Assembly: GCA_050173015.1 (NCBI GenBank)
Contig: JBFXLE010000006.1
Span: 147,665-211,664, forward strand
Length of the DNA stretch: 64,000 bases
Direction: 5' to 3'
Origin: Calditrichaceae bacterium
GTDB lineage: Bacteria > Calditrichota > Calditrichia > Calditrichales > JBFXGD01
The position numbers and the translations under genes were made by a program. A model generated the notes under the pieces. That model was not told where the DNA came from, ran no database searches, and saw only the letters and a program-made list of their open reading frames with translations. Below, one piece after another: positions 43,260 through 52,818 of the stretch (position 1 is its first letter; each line of letters opens with the position of its first letter).

Positions 43260-44585
43260 ATGTTAGAAGATTTGACGCTTAAGCTGGAATCGACGTTTCG
43301 GAAGTTGCGCGGTTACGGAAAATTAAACGAAAAAAACATCGCTGATTCTTTAAAAGAAATCAGGCGCGCTCTATTAGAGGCCGATGTTAATTATAAAGTT
43401 GCAAAAGATTTCATTGCCGCGGTTCAGGAAAAGGCGGTTGGTGAAGATGTTCTGCGTAGTGTTACACCGGGTCAGATGATCGTAAAGATTGTGCATGATG
43501 AGTTGGTGAAACTGCTTGGTTCTTCAACGGTACAGCTCAAAACCGCAGGCATTCCTCCCACCATCATAATGATTGCCGGGTTGCAGGGTTCAGGGAAAAC
43601 AACATTCTCCGGAAAGCTGGCCGGGTATCTGCGTAAGCGAGGCCGTAAACCGCTGCTTGTGGCCGCTGATGTTTATCGGCCGGCGGCTATTCAGCAATTA
43701 AGGATACTTGGTAAAAGTCTTGATATCCCGGTTTATGACGAGGGGATCGGAGATCCGGTAAAAATAAGTTTCAACGCCATAGCGGAAGCGCGAAAAAAAT
43801 TCTGCGATACGATTATCCTGGACACGGCGGGACGGCTGCACATAGATGAAAATATGATGAATGAACTCGTGCAGATCAAAAACCGGATTCGCCCGCATGA
43901 AATTCTTTTTGTCGCTGATGGTATGACAGGGCAGGATGCCGTAAATACGGCAAAAGAATTTTCGGATCGCCTTGATTATGATGGCGTGATTTTAACAAAG
44001 ATGGATGGTGACGCCCGGGGCGGGGCGGCGCTTTCGATAAAGGCTGTAACCGGTAAACCAATTAAATTTATCGGCGTCGGTGAAAAGCTGGATGCCATTG
44101 AACAGTTTCATCCGGACAGGATGGCTTCCCGTATCTTAGGAATGGGTGATGTCGTCACTTTTGTTGAGCGCGCCCAGGATACGATTGACAGTGACAAGGC
44201 GGCCCGCCTGGAAGAACGGCTGCGGAAAGCCGAGTTCACACTGGAAGATTTTTATGATCAGTTACAGCAAATCAAGAAAATGGGTTCGTTGGAATCGCTC
44301 TTGTCAATGATTCCCGGAGCGGGAAAGCAGCTTAAAAATGCAAAAATTGATGAAGGGGCTTTCGTGCGAACCGAAGCTATTATCAATTCGATGACTATTG
44401 AAGAACGTAATAAACCGCAACTTTTAAACGGAAGCAGGCGTAAAAGAATTGCATCCGGTAGTGGAACGCGGGTTCAGGATATTAATCAATTGATTAACCA
44501 ATATGAACAAATGAAGAAAATGATTAAACAAATGAAGGGTAAATCCATGAGAGGATTTGGTGGAATGCCTTTCGGGCTTGTTTAA
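43260..44585 (+). CDS. ffh: Signal recognition particle protein
   Basis: GLQGSGKTT, DTAGR, TKMDGDARGG, Met-rich M domain. Confidence 0.97.
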   Translation: MLEDLTLKLESTFRKLRGYGKLNEKNIADSLKEIRRALLEADVNYKVAKDFIAAVQEKAVGEDVLRSVTPGQMIVKIVHDELVKLLGSSTVQLKTAGIPPTIIMIAGLQGSGKTTFSGKLAGYLRKRGRKPLLVAADVYRPAAIQQLRILGKSLDIPVYDEGIGDPVKISFNAIAEARKKFCDTIILDTAGRLHIDENMMNELVQIKNRIRPHEILFVADGMTGQDAVNTAKEFSDRLDYDGVILTKMDGDARGGAALSIKAVTGKPIKFIGVGEKLDAIEQFHPDRMASRILGMGDVVTFVERAQDTIDSDKAARLEERLRKAEFTLEDFYDQLQQIKKMGSLESLLSMIPGAGKQLKNAKIDEGAFVRTEAIINSMTIEERNKPQLLNGSRRKRIASGSGTRVQDINQLINQYEQMKKMIKQMKGKSMRGFGGMPFGLV

Positions 44586-44611
44586 TGTTATTTAATTAAT
44601 GGAGGTTTAGT

Positions 44612-45133
44612 TTGGCTGTTAGATTGAGATTGCGCAGGATGGGGCGGAAAAAAAGCCCATTCTATCGAATAGTTGCTGCGGATAGCAGAGCTCCTCGTGA
44701 TGGGCGTTTTATCGAGATGCTCGGAACGTATGACCCTCTTCAGAAGCCTTTTCAGGTTGAATTTGAAGAGGATCGGGTATTGTACTGGTTGAAAAATGGC
44801 GCCGAGCCTTCCCAGACAGTGAAAAATCTTTTCCAGAGAAAAGGGTTCTGGCTAAAATGGGATTTGATGAAAAATGGCGTTGATGACGCTAAAATTGCAG
44901 AAGAGTTTTCGAAGTGGGAGGCTCTGCAGGAGTTGCGTGAAAAGCGTCAGGCAATGAAAGAAAAAGAGGATGAAAAGGCAAAAAAGGCGAAGAAGACTGA
45001 AGAGCCTGTTGCTGAAGAAAAACCTCAGGCGGAAGAAGTTAAGGCTGCCGATGCCGTAACAGAGGAAACTCCATCTGCTGATGACGTTAAGGAAGATGTG
45101 TCAGAGAACCAGGAAGAGAACAAAGCGGAATAA
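44612..45133 (+). CDS. rpsP: 30S ribosomal protein S16 with acidic C-terminal extension
   Basis: [35 protein letters not shown] start with GGAGG. Confidence 0.96.
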   Translation: MAVRLRLRRMGRKKSPFYRIVAADSRAPRDGRFIEMLGTYDPLQKPFQVEFEEDRVLYWLKNGAEPSQTVKNLFQRKGFWLKWDLMKNGVDDAKIAEEFSKWEALQELREKRQAMKEKEDEKAKKAKKTEEPVAEEKPQAEEVKAADAVTEETPSADDVKEDVSENQEENKAE

Positions 45134-45225
45134 GAATAGAAATTGTTTTGTTGTGATGTCTGTAGAGATTCTAATTATTACTATCTAGGCGAAACTGGTT
45201 TACTATCTTTAGGAGGTATGGGATT

Positions 45226-45456
45226 ATGAAAGATTTTGTTGAGTACATCGCGAAGCACCTTGTAGACAAACCGGATGAAGTACATGTTGCTGAAGTGGAA
45301 GGCGAACGCGTTACCGTATATGAGTTACGCGTAGGTGAAGGTGATTTGGGTAAAGTGATCGGTAAAAGAGGACAAACAGCAAAATCAATCCGTACCCTGT
45401 TGGCGGCTGCTTCAGCAAAAGCCGGCAAAAGAGCAGTGCTTGAAATTCTTGAATAA
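45226..45456 (+). CDS. khpA: KH-domain RNA-binding protein
   Basis: [17 protein letters not shown]; position between rpsP and rimM. Confidence 0.9.
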   Translation: MKDFVEYIAKHLVDKPDEVHVAEVEGERVTVYELRVGEGDLGKVIGKRGQTAKSIRTLLAAASAKAGKRAVLEILE

Positions 45457-45953
45457 TGTACGTAATCGGTAAAATTATTAAACCTCAGGGTATAAAGGGT
45501 GAACTGAAAGCGGAGATCATTACGTCTTTCCCTGAACGCTTTACCGGATTGAAAAAAGTATACATTAATAAAAAAGAATCACAAGCCTATTCGATAGAAT
45601 CAGTGCGTTTGTCGGATAGGTTTGTTTTTATTAAGCTGAAAAATATTAATACTCGCGATGAAGCCGAAAAATTGCGAAATGAATATCTCTATATTCCACA
45701 GGATGAATTAGTGGATCTGGAGAAAGACGAGTATTATATTCATGATTTGCTCGGGATAAAGATTTATGATGAGCAGAATAATCTGCTTGGTGAATTGGTG
45801 GATGTGGAGTCTATAAGCAGTAATGATGTCTATACCTTGAAATCTGTCGATGGCCGGGAATTTTTAATTCCGGCAATTAAGGATGTCATTATGGAAGTGG
45901 ATATCGCAAAAAAAACAATGAAAATCCGCAACCTGGAAGGGTTGCTTGAATAA
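45456..45953 (+). CDS. rimM: Ribosome maturation factor RimM
   Basis: IGKIIKPQGIKGE, EYYIHDLLG, LIPAI. Confidence 0.93.
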   Translation: MYVIGKIIKPQGIKGELKAEIITSFPERFTGLKKVYINKKESQAYSIESVRLSDRFVFIKLKNINTRDEAEKLRNEYLYIPQDELVDLEKDEYYIHDLLGIKIYDEQNNLLGELVDVESISSNDVYTLKSVDGREFLIPAIKDVIMEVDIAKKTMKIRNLEGLLE

Positions 45954-45964
45954 CGGTCTTTGAG

Positions 45965-46669
45965 ATGCGAATTGATATTATAACCGGATTCCCAAAATTA
46001 GTTGAAATGCCCCTGGATGAAAGCATTATTAAGATGGGGCGAAAAAAGGGCGTGGTGGATATCAGGGTTCATGATCTTCGTGATTATACAGATGATAAAC
46101 ACCGTACGATTGATGATTACCCTTATGGCGGCGGACCGGGGATGGTACTCAAAATAGAGCCTGTTATCAGATGCCTGGATGATATTTTTAATGAAGAAGC
46201 TGATAAAAACAACGCGGAAATCATTTTAATGTCTCCGCGTGGTCAGATGTATCATCAGGCAATGGCGACGCAGCTGAGTATGAAGCCGCATTTGATTCTC
46301 ATATGTGGCCATTATAAAGGGATAGATGAACGGATTCACGAATTTTACAAGGTGAGAGAAATTTCTATCGGTGATTATATTCTCAGCGGTGGTGAAGTGG
46401 CGGCTCTGGTAATTGTAGATTCAATCGTCAGACTGCTTCCCGGAGTTCTAAGAGATATTGATTCGGCCTGGACGGATTCGTTTTCGGATCAATTGCTGGA
46501 CGCGCCTTACTACACGCGTCCGGAAATATTCAGAGGCGTGAAAGTACCGGATGAGCTGCTTTCCGGGAATCACAGTGTTATAGAAAAATGGCGTACGCGG
46601 GAGCGGGAAACGGCGACAAAAGAACGCCGCCCGGATTTATATAAAAATTATTTGAAATCATTTAAATAA
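45965..46669 (+). CDS. trmD: tRNA (guanine-N1)-methyltransferase
   Basis: [26 protein letters not shown]. Confidence 0.96.
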   Translation: MRIDIITGFPKLVEMPLDESIIKMGRKKGVVDIRVHDLRDYTDDKHRTIDDYPYGGGPGMVLKIEPVIRCLDDIFNEEADKNNAEIILMSPRGQMYHQAMATQLSMKPHLILICGHYKGIDERIHEFYKVREISIGDYILSGGEVAALVIVDSIVRLLPGVLRDIDSAWTDSFSDQLLDAPYYTRPEIFRGVKVPDELLSGNHSVIEKWRTRERETATKERRPDLYKNYLKSFK

Positions 46670-46685
46670 AAGTGTAGGTGAGACA

Positions 46686-47024
46686 ATGGATTTATTACAC
46701 ACTGTAACAGCAAATCAGTTACGCAATGATATACCTCAGTTTAAAGCCGGTGATACTTTAGGGATTCAGGTGCGGGTAATTGAAGGTGATAAGGAAAGAA
46801 TTCAGCTATTCGAAGGTGTTTGTATTAAACGCAGCGGCGGCGGAATTAATGAGACCTTTACCGTCAGAAAAATTTCTCACGGCGTTGGCGTGGAGAGAAT
46901 TTTCCCAATTCATTCCCCAAGAATTGCTAATATTGAAGTCAAAAGAGTCGGAAAAGTTCGCAGAGCTAAACTTTACTATTTGCGTGAGCTTAAAGGTAAA
47001 GCCGCCAGAATTAAAGAGAAATAA
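46686..47024 (+). CDS. rplS: 50S ribosomal protein L19
   Basis: [28 protein letters not shown]. Confidence 0.97.
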   Translation: MDLLHTVTANQLRNDIPQFKAGDTLGIQVRVIEGDKERIQLFEGVCIKRSGGGINETFTVRKISHGVGVERIFPIHSPRIANIEVKRVGKVRRAKLYYLRELKGKAARIKEK

Positions 47025-47054
47025 GAATCCGCTGGGATACCGGCGGTTTCTTTT
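47023..47054 (+). terminator. Intrinsic terminator after rplS
   Basis: CCGCTGG-GATA-CCGGCGG hairpin + TTTCTTTT. Confidence 0.7.
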
Positions 47055-47408
47055 AATCTGTGTGTGATTCACCTTCCGGACGCGACCGGTCAGTTTGGTT
47101 TTTCCATCACTATTATTAGTTGCTCTGTCTGGCGTTGCTCGAAGTATATAATTCGGCATGAGTCGGAATAGTGAATTTCTTACCCGGTCGTTTATTTTTA
47201 TTGATCACTGATTATATAGTTGCAAAGCAATGTCAGTTTTGTGATGTTGGGTCATCATCCTCCCCGCCATTCGGCGAATATTTTATTTATACCACAAAAA
47301 TTAGAAATAATAACTTAAAATCGTTATTTTTTAGTCAACTTATAAATCATATATTGATTATATTAACAATGAATACCAAGCCGACCATACAGAGGAGATT
47401 CCGGTTTC

Positions 47409-49103
47409 ATGCTGAAAAATAATTCACTTCTGCTCTTCTTTCCCATAATATTTTTTTTATTTTACGGATGTGCAACGCGAGGAAATCCTTCAGGCGGTCC
47501 TCTTGATCGCACGCCTCCGTATATCTCAGTGATTTACCCCGATTCAAACGCGACAATGGTGAGTGGTCTTAAAGAGATCTCGATAGAGTTTTCTGAACGG
47601 ATGAACGAAGCAACGCTTGTAAACAGCTTGTTTATCTCACCGCCGCTTAAATATGATATGAATTGGTCAGGCAGTCGAAAATTACAGTTAATCTTAAAAG
47701 ATACCCTGAAATCGGATCAGACCTATGTTGTTTCAATCGGCACAGACGCGAAGGATGAGCGCGGCAATAAAATGCGGTTAAGCGCGCAGTTCGCTTTTTC
47801 GAGCGGTGAAAAAATTGATCAGGCTCATATATCAGGAAAAGTGCATGGGTTATCCGGCAAGGAGACGGTTTCCATATTCGGTTATCGTCTCTTAAATGAC
47901 TCATTAGACGGTTTTAATAAAAAAGAACCGGATTATATCTCGCAGACCGGTGAGAATGGTTCGTATAGGCTCAATTATCTGGCTAAAGGAATTTACAGGG
48001 TTTTTGCCGTGGAAGACCAGAATAACAATCTTTTGATCGATTCAGATTTTGAAAAAATCGGCATCCCTTACTGTGACGTGGTACTGGATTCAACGCATCT
48101 TTCGTTTAAAGGATTGGATTTCAACATGTCAAAAAATGATACGATTAAGCCTTTCATAACCGGGGTGAGAGCCATATACAAACATCATGTTCAAATCCGT
48201 CTGAGTGAAGCGGTAGTAACACCGGATTTGGCTGAAATCACCGTAATTGACAGTTTGTCATCTGCTTCGATGAGATTGCTCGGCATATCACAAAATATTG
48301 AATCGACTAATATTCTGGATCTGTTCACGGAGCCCATGGACAGCAGCGCCAGATATTTATTGTCCGCGGCTGTATTGGCGGACAGCTCAGGCAATAAGGC
48401 GTTTTCAGATAAATATTTTCCCTTTAATGCGGTCACACGAGAAGATACGATGAAGTTCCGGATGGTTCTGATGACTCCGGCAGACAGCGCGAAATCGGTA
48501 AGACCGGAGGATCCGGTTTTTATGGAATTTACAACACCTGTTGACTGGGAATCTGTCAGGAAGTACTTTTCACTTATAAAACTTTCCGGCGATACAATAA
48601 ACGGCCATTGGAAGTTTAATTCACAATATGATGCGGAATTTATACCTGAAACGCTTTTTGAAACTGATTCAAGCTATATCGCTGTGTTGAATCCCGGCGG
48701 AGTCCGTAATCTTTGGGGAGAATCTCTTGCAGATTCTATTCAATCCCATTATTTTACTATCATCTCATCAAAAGAGCTCGGTGAAATATCAGGTAAGGTC
48801 AGAACGGCGGGGGAAGATGGGATACCGGTGCATTTGCGCTTTGAGTTTTTAAAGGGAAGAAATAGAGGATATTCGCTAAAATTAAAGGAAGCCGGTGATT
48901 ATATAATGAAATATTTGCCGGAAGGAAACTATCTGATTAACGCGTATCTGGATATGGATAATTCAGATACTTATTCACACGGAAAACTGTTCCCCTTTGA
49001 ATTTTCCGAACCCTTTATTTATAACTCAGATACCGTAAAAGTTCGTAAGCGATGGGAAACAGGGGATATCAATATCAGCATACCGCATGGGAATAATAAT
49101 TGA
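47409..49103 (+). CDS. Ig-like (Big_5) domain lipoprotein
   Basis: Lipobox FYGCA, PSGGPLDRTPP, IEFSERM, FAFSSG motifs of the FCB Ig-like lipoprotein family. Confidence 0.8.
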   Translation: MLKNNSLLLFFPIIFFLFYGCATRGNPSGGPLDRTPPYISVIYPDSNATMVSGLKEISIEFSERMNEATLVNSLFISPPLKYDMNWSGSRKLQLILKDTLKSDQTYVVSIGTDAKDERGNKMRLSAQFAFSSGEKIDQAHISGKVHGLSGKETVSIFGYRLLNDSLDGFNKKEPDYISQTGENGSYRLNYLAKGIYRVFAVEDQNNNLLIDSDFEKIGIPYCDVVLDSTHLSFKGLDFNMSKNDTIKPFITGVRAIYKHHVQIRLSEAVVTPDLAEITVIDSLSSASMRLLGISQNIESTNILDLFTEPMDSSARYLLSAAVLADSSGNKAFSDKYFPFNAVTREDTMKFRMVLMTPADSAKSVRPEDPVFMEFTTPVDWESVRKYFSLIKLSGDTINGHWKFNSQYDAEFIPETLFETDSSYIAVLNPGGVRNLWGESLADSIQSHYFTIISSKELGEISGKVRTAGEDGIPVHLRFEFLKGRNRGYSLKLKEAGDYIMKYLPEGNYLINAYLDMDNSDTYSHGKLFPFEFSEPFIYNSDTVKVRKRWETGDINISIPHGNNN

Positions 49104-49927
49104 TGGAACGCTTGATTGAATTTGCAAAAATCGAAGCAACCGGCAATGATTTTATTCTGGTTGACGCGCGAAAATTTTCAATGGAATGGTTCAGTGAATC
49201 AATGATTCAGTCCATGTGTCACCGACATTTCGGGATCGGCGCCGACGGAATTATCTTCTTATCCGACCACCCTTCAGAGAAATACACATTCCATTATTAT
49301 AACTCGGATGGGAAAGAAGCGGAGATGTGCGCCAACGGAAGCCGCGCCGCGGTTTTGATGGCATATACCCTGGGAATAATCAGAAAAAATGAATGGTTCA
49401 GGTTTGAAGCATCGGACGGGCTGCACCATGCCAAAATGGATTCAACAAAAGATATTACTGTGGAGGTAATCGTCCGGGATGCCGCGGAACACATTGAAGA
49501 CAATATATTTAATATTCCGGATGGAATTAAAACAGCCGGTTTCATTAATACCGGAGTGCCTCATCTCGTATTGAATGTAAAAAACGATCTGAATGAGATT
49601 GATGTGCAAAAAATTGGCGCCTATCTCAGAAGTCATTCCCGTTTTGGAGTTCATGGAACAAATGTAAATTTTGTTAAATGGATCAATACTCACAAATTAC
49701 AGGTACGTACATTTGAACGTGGTGTGGAATCCGAAACCCTGTCCTGCGGAACCGGAATCACGGCGAGCGCGATTCTTTTCTGGCCGGAGCAGGAAGCATC
49801 TCCATTTAAAATGCAGGTCGAAACAAAAGGCGGATCCGTAAATGTTCTGAAAGAACAGGGCAAAATCTATCTGGAAGGACCGGCAAATATTGTTTTTATC
49901 GGGAGTTATCTGTTAAAGACATGGTAG
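49103..49927 (+). CDS. dapF: Diaminopimelate epimerase
   Basis: GNDF, GIGADG, EMCANG, NTGVPH, ERGVESETLSCGTG. Confidence 0.94.
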   Translation: MERLIEFAKIEATGNDFILVDARKFSMEWFSESMIQSMCHRHFGIGADGIIFLSDHPSEKYTFHYYNSDGKEAEMCANGSRAAVLMAYTLGIIRKNEWFRFEASDGLHHAKMDSTKDITVEVIVRDAAEHIEDNIFNIPDGIKTAGFINTGVPHLVLNVKNDLNEIDVQKIGAYLRSHSRFGVHGTNVNFVKWINTHKLQVRTFERGVESETLSCGTGITASAILFWPEQEASPFKMQVETKGGSVNVLKEQGKIYLEGPANIVFIGSYLLKTW

Positions 49928-50010
49928 GCATGAAGAATAAGTATATAGAAGTCGGGAATCATATCTTTGAAGGATATGATAATTAGAGATCAATTAGCTT
50001 GGAGGCTGGC

Positions 50011-50949
50011 ATGAAGAAGTTATTCGTTGTTGCCATATTATCTCTTTTGGTATCATCTTGCGCCTGGTTTTCGAAATCACCTGATAAATCAATGGAAGAA
50101 ACGAACGCGGCTGAAGAAAGACGCTTGCTTGAAGCTGAAAATTTTGTGGCGGATGGTGTAGCTTTTCACACGGCGGGAAATGACAGTATGGCGGCAAAAT
50201 CATGGGAAAAAGCGCTTGAGATCATACCACAGGATGCTGAAATCCATAACTTTTACGGAATATCACTGCACCGCTTGAATAATATTGATGGAGCCTTATC
50301 CGAATTTGACAAAGCTGTTGAGTTAAATCCCAAATATTTTGAGGCCTATAATAATCGCGGGTATATGCTGTTTTTAATGAACCGTTATGATGAGTCGCTC
50401 TCTGCTTTCCATAAATCCCTGGAGGTTAACCCGCATTATGAACCGGCAATTCGCAATGTCAGACTAACCGAAAATATCATGAAGGGTAATCTAAGTCGCA
50501 AAGCCTTTGAACTCTCTGAGGAAGCCGCGAAGGTGGAAGATTACGCCGAGCAGATCAGAAAATACAGAGAAGTATTAAAGATAGATTCCACCTATTCAAA
50601 GGCGCATAATAATATTGCGGTTGCTTACTACTATGAGGATTTTGCGGACAGCGCGTATTACCACCTTGAGAAAGCTATCGAATATCAGAAAAACTATTCC
50701 GAAGCGATCAATAATCTTGGGTACCTGTATAAAGTGGATGAAAATTATGATATAGCCATTAAATTATTCCTTAAAGCGCTCACACTAAAACCCAGATATA
50801 TCGGCGCATTGAACAATCTTGGAGAAACTTATACATTAAACAGAGAATTTGAGAATGCAAAGAGGGTTTTCTCGACGGTGCTGGATCTTGAACCTGATAA
50901 TGAAGTTGCCAAAAAATGGCTTGCGGTGCTTCATGTTAAAGTTGAATAA
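50011..50949 (+). CDS. TPR-repeat lipoprotein
   Basis: Lipobox VSSC; repeated AYNNRG/AHNNIA/AINNLG/ALNNLG units. Confidence 0.88.
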   Translation: MKKLFVVAILSLLVSSCAWFSKSPDKSMEETNAAEERRLLEAENFVADGVAFHTAGNDSMAAKSWEKALEIIPQDAEIHNFYGISLHRLNNIDGALSEFDKAVELNPKYFEAYNNRGYMLFLMNRYDESLSAFHKSLEVNPHYEPAIRNVRLTENIMKGNLSRKAFELSEEAAKVEDYAEQIRKYREVLKIDSTYSKAHNNIAVAYYYEDFADSAYYHLEKAIEYQKNYSEAINNLGYLYKVDENYDIAIKLFLKALTLKPRYIGALNNLGETYTLNREFENAKRVFSTVLDLEPDNEVAKKWLAVLHVKVE

Positions 50950-50970
50950 AAGCGATAATTAGGAGGATGA

Positions 50971-52053
50971 ATGTATATTGTTCTAATGGCGGGCGGAGTG
51001 GGAACCAGATTTTGGCCTAAGAGCAGAGAGGCGCGCCCGAAACAATTCCTGAATATTTTTGGCGAAAGATCTATGCTGCAGATGACCTACGACAGAATTA
51101 AGGGGATTACGCCTGACGATAAAATACTTGTAATTACAAATATGGATTTTCGGGATCAGGTACTTGAACAGCTGCCAGAGATTCCTGAAATAAACGTAAT
51201 AGGTGAGCCTTTCGGACGGAGTACCGCTCCCTGTATCGGAATGGCAAGCGCGATTATTATGAAACGCGAGAAGAATGATTCTGAAGTGATGGCGGTACTT
51301 CCCGCGGATCATCTTATTGAAGATGTGAATGTTTTTCGCGAGACGCTGATCCTGGCTGAGAAACACGCCCAACGAGCCGGGACACTCATAACAATAGGAG
51401 TAAAGCCAACCTATCCGGAAACAGGGTATGGTTATATACAAAAAGACGCGGAATCCGTATCTGAAAATCATCACAATATCTATAAAGTCAAAGCTTTTGC
51501 GGAAAAACCGAACAGGGAAACAGCCGACCGCTTTCTCCAAAGCGGAGATTTTCTCTGGAACAGCGGAATGTTTATCTGGACAGTCAGCGCAATCATGAAT
51601 GAGTTCGATGAGCATCTGACTGAGTTTGCCGAAAGCGTAAACAAGATTTGTGAAAAAGTTGATACAGAGCAGTTCGATGACGCTATGCTGGATGTTTATT
51701 CGAGAATAAAATCAATTTCGATCGACTATGGTATCATGGAAGTCGCGCAAAATGTTTGTGTCATTGAAGCGGACTTTAAATGGAATGATGTAGGTTCGTG
51801 GGAATCAGTACATAATATTTCGACAAAAGATGATCACGGCAATGCAATCAGCGCAGCGGATCAGGTAGTTCTTGATGCCCGGAATAATTATGTCTCCATG
51901 ACTAATGATAAGCTGATAGCGCTTGTAGATGTATCTGACCTGGCCATTGTAGAAACCGATGATGTGCTTCTGGTCTGCAGGAAGGAAGGATCACAAAGAG
52001 TGAAGGATATTGTGGATGCATTGAGACGCAGGGATATGACAAAGTATTTATAA
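50971..52053 (+). CDS. manC: Mannose-1-phosphate guanylyltransferase
   Basis: MAGGVGTRFWPKSR..PKQF, PETGYGYI, WNSGMF, SIDYG, WNDVGSW. Confidence 0.92.
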   Translation: MYIVLMAGGVGTRFWPKSREARPKQFLNIFGERSMLQMTYDRIKGITPDDKILVITNMDFRDQVLEQLPEIPEINVIGEPFGRSTAPCIGMASAIIMKREKNDSEVMAVLPADHLIEDVNVFRETLILAEKHAQRAGTLITIGVKPTYPETGYGYIQKDAESVSENHHNIYKVKAFAEKPNRETADRFLQSGDFLWNSGMFIWTVSAIMNEFDEHLTEFAESVNKICEKVDTEQFDDAMLDVYSRIKSISIDYGIMEVAQNVCVIEADFKWNDVGSWESVHNISTKDDHGNAISAADQVVLDARNNYVSMTNDKLIALVDVSDLAIVETDDVLLVCRKEGSQRVKDIVDALRRRDMTKYL

Positions 52054-52156
52054 AATCATCACTTGATATGCGATCGTTTTTTACTAAATTTGTATTGATG
52101 AAAGAACCAATACACGCGATCCCTATGATTAATAAATAAAAAAAACGGTTATTTCT

Positions 52157-52414
52157 TTGATAGAGAATGAAAAGACATTGCAAATCTTGGTGGATTATCT
52201 GAACCGCCTGGGTATCACAGTAAAATATGACCGGGGAAATTTTAAAGGCGGCCTGGTGCGGTATCATGATGATTCCTGCTTTTATATTAACCGACGTATT
52301 GAAACTTCGGTGAAAATTAATCTGATTATTGATGAATTAAAACAAATGCAGATAGCGGATGAAAACATACCTCCCGAAATCAGGAAAATATTGGTATTTA
52401 AGGAAGGGCATTAA
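52157..52414 (+). CDS. Small hypothetical protein
   Basis: 85-aa ORF with LGITVKYDRGNFKGG; plausible composition. Confidence 0.6.
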   Translation: MIENEKTLQILVDYLNRLGITVKYDRGNFKGGLVRYHDDSCFYINRRIETSVKINLIIDELKQMQIADENIPPEIRKILVFKEGH

Positions 52415-52461
52415 TTAATTTGATTAAAATATTCAATTAGTTATATTTAATTTGACAATAA

Positions 52462-52815
52462 ATGATGGAGGAAAACGTGGATTTTGAAGGAAGAGGATCT
52501 GCGCGCATCGATTCTGAAAACCTGCTTGCCTTTCGATTGTTTGATACTGACGGGCGTGTATTTCATGAGGGCATGGTTAAAACTCTCGATATCAGTCGTA
52601 CAGGTGTCTCCATTCAATCTCCGGTTCCCATGGAAAAGGGATTAAAAATCGAAATAACCATTGGAATTGGCGATGATGTGGTGAAAGCCAGGGGGATTGT
52701 CAGAAATCAACACCAACTCGATGAAAATACTTACCAGGTCGGAATTGAGTTTGAATTTCTCTCGGAAGAAGATTTAAATAAGATGTCGGTGACGTTTCCA
52801 TCTATTCTAAAGTAA
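52462..52815 (+). CDS. PilZ-domain protein
   Basis: RGSAR (RxxxR) and DISRTG (DxSxxG) c-di-GMP motifs; GIEF. Confidence 0.85.
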   Translation: MMEENVDFEGRGSARIDSENLLAFRLFDTDGRVFHEGMVKTLDISRTGVSIQSPVPMEKGLKIEITIGIGDDVVKARGIVRNQHQLDENTYQVGIEFEFLSEEDLNKMSVTFPSILK

Positions 52816-52818
52816 AAC

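Noticed and set aside
47065-47095. Minus-strand GTCCGGAAGG resembling the SRP RNA loop near ffh
   Set aside because: Lacks the flanking CAGG/AGCAG motifs and the long enclosing helix.
46806-47270. Minus-strand ORF with an in-frame TGA (selenocysteine or pseudogene?)
   Set aside because: Read-through would run antisense across rplS; no SECIS-like hairpin or protein motif, and SD spacing is poor.
47171-47422. 83-aa + strand ORF between rplS and the Ig-like lipoprotein
   Set aside because: No SD or motif; crosses AT-rich promoter-like DNA.
50983-51615. 210-aa minus-strand ORF
   Set aside because: Entirely antisense to well-conserved manC, with no recognisable motifs. The same applies to the other short ORFs nested in the housekeeping genes.
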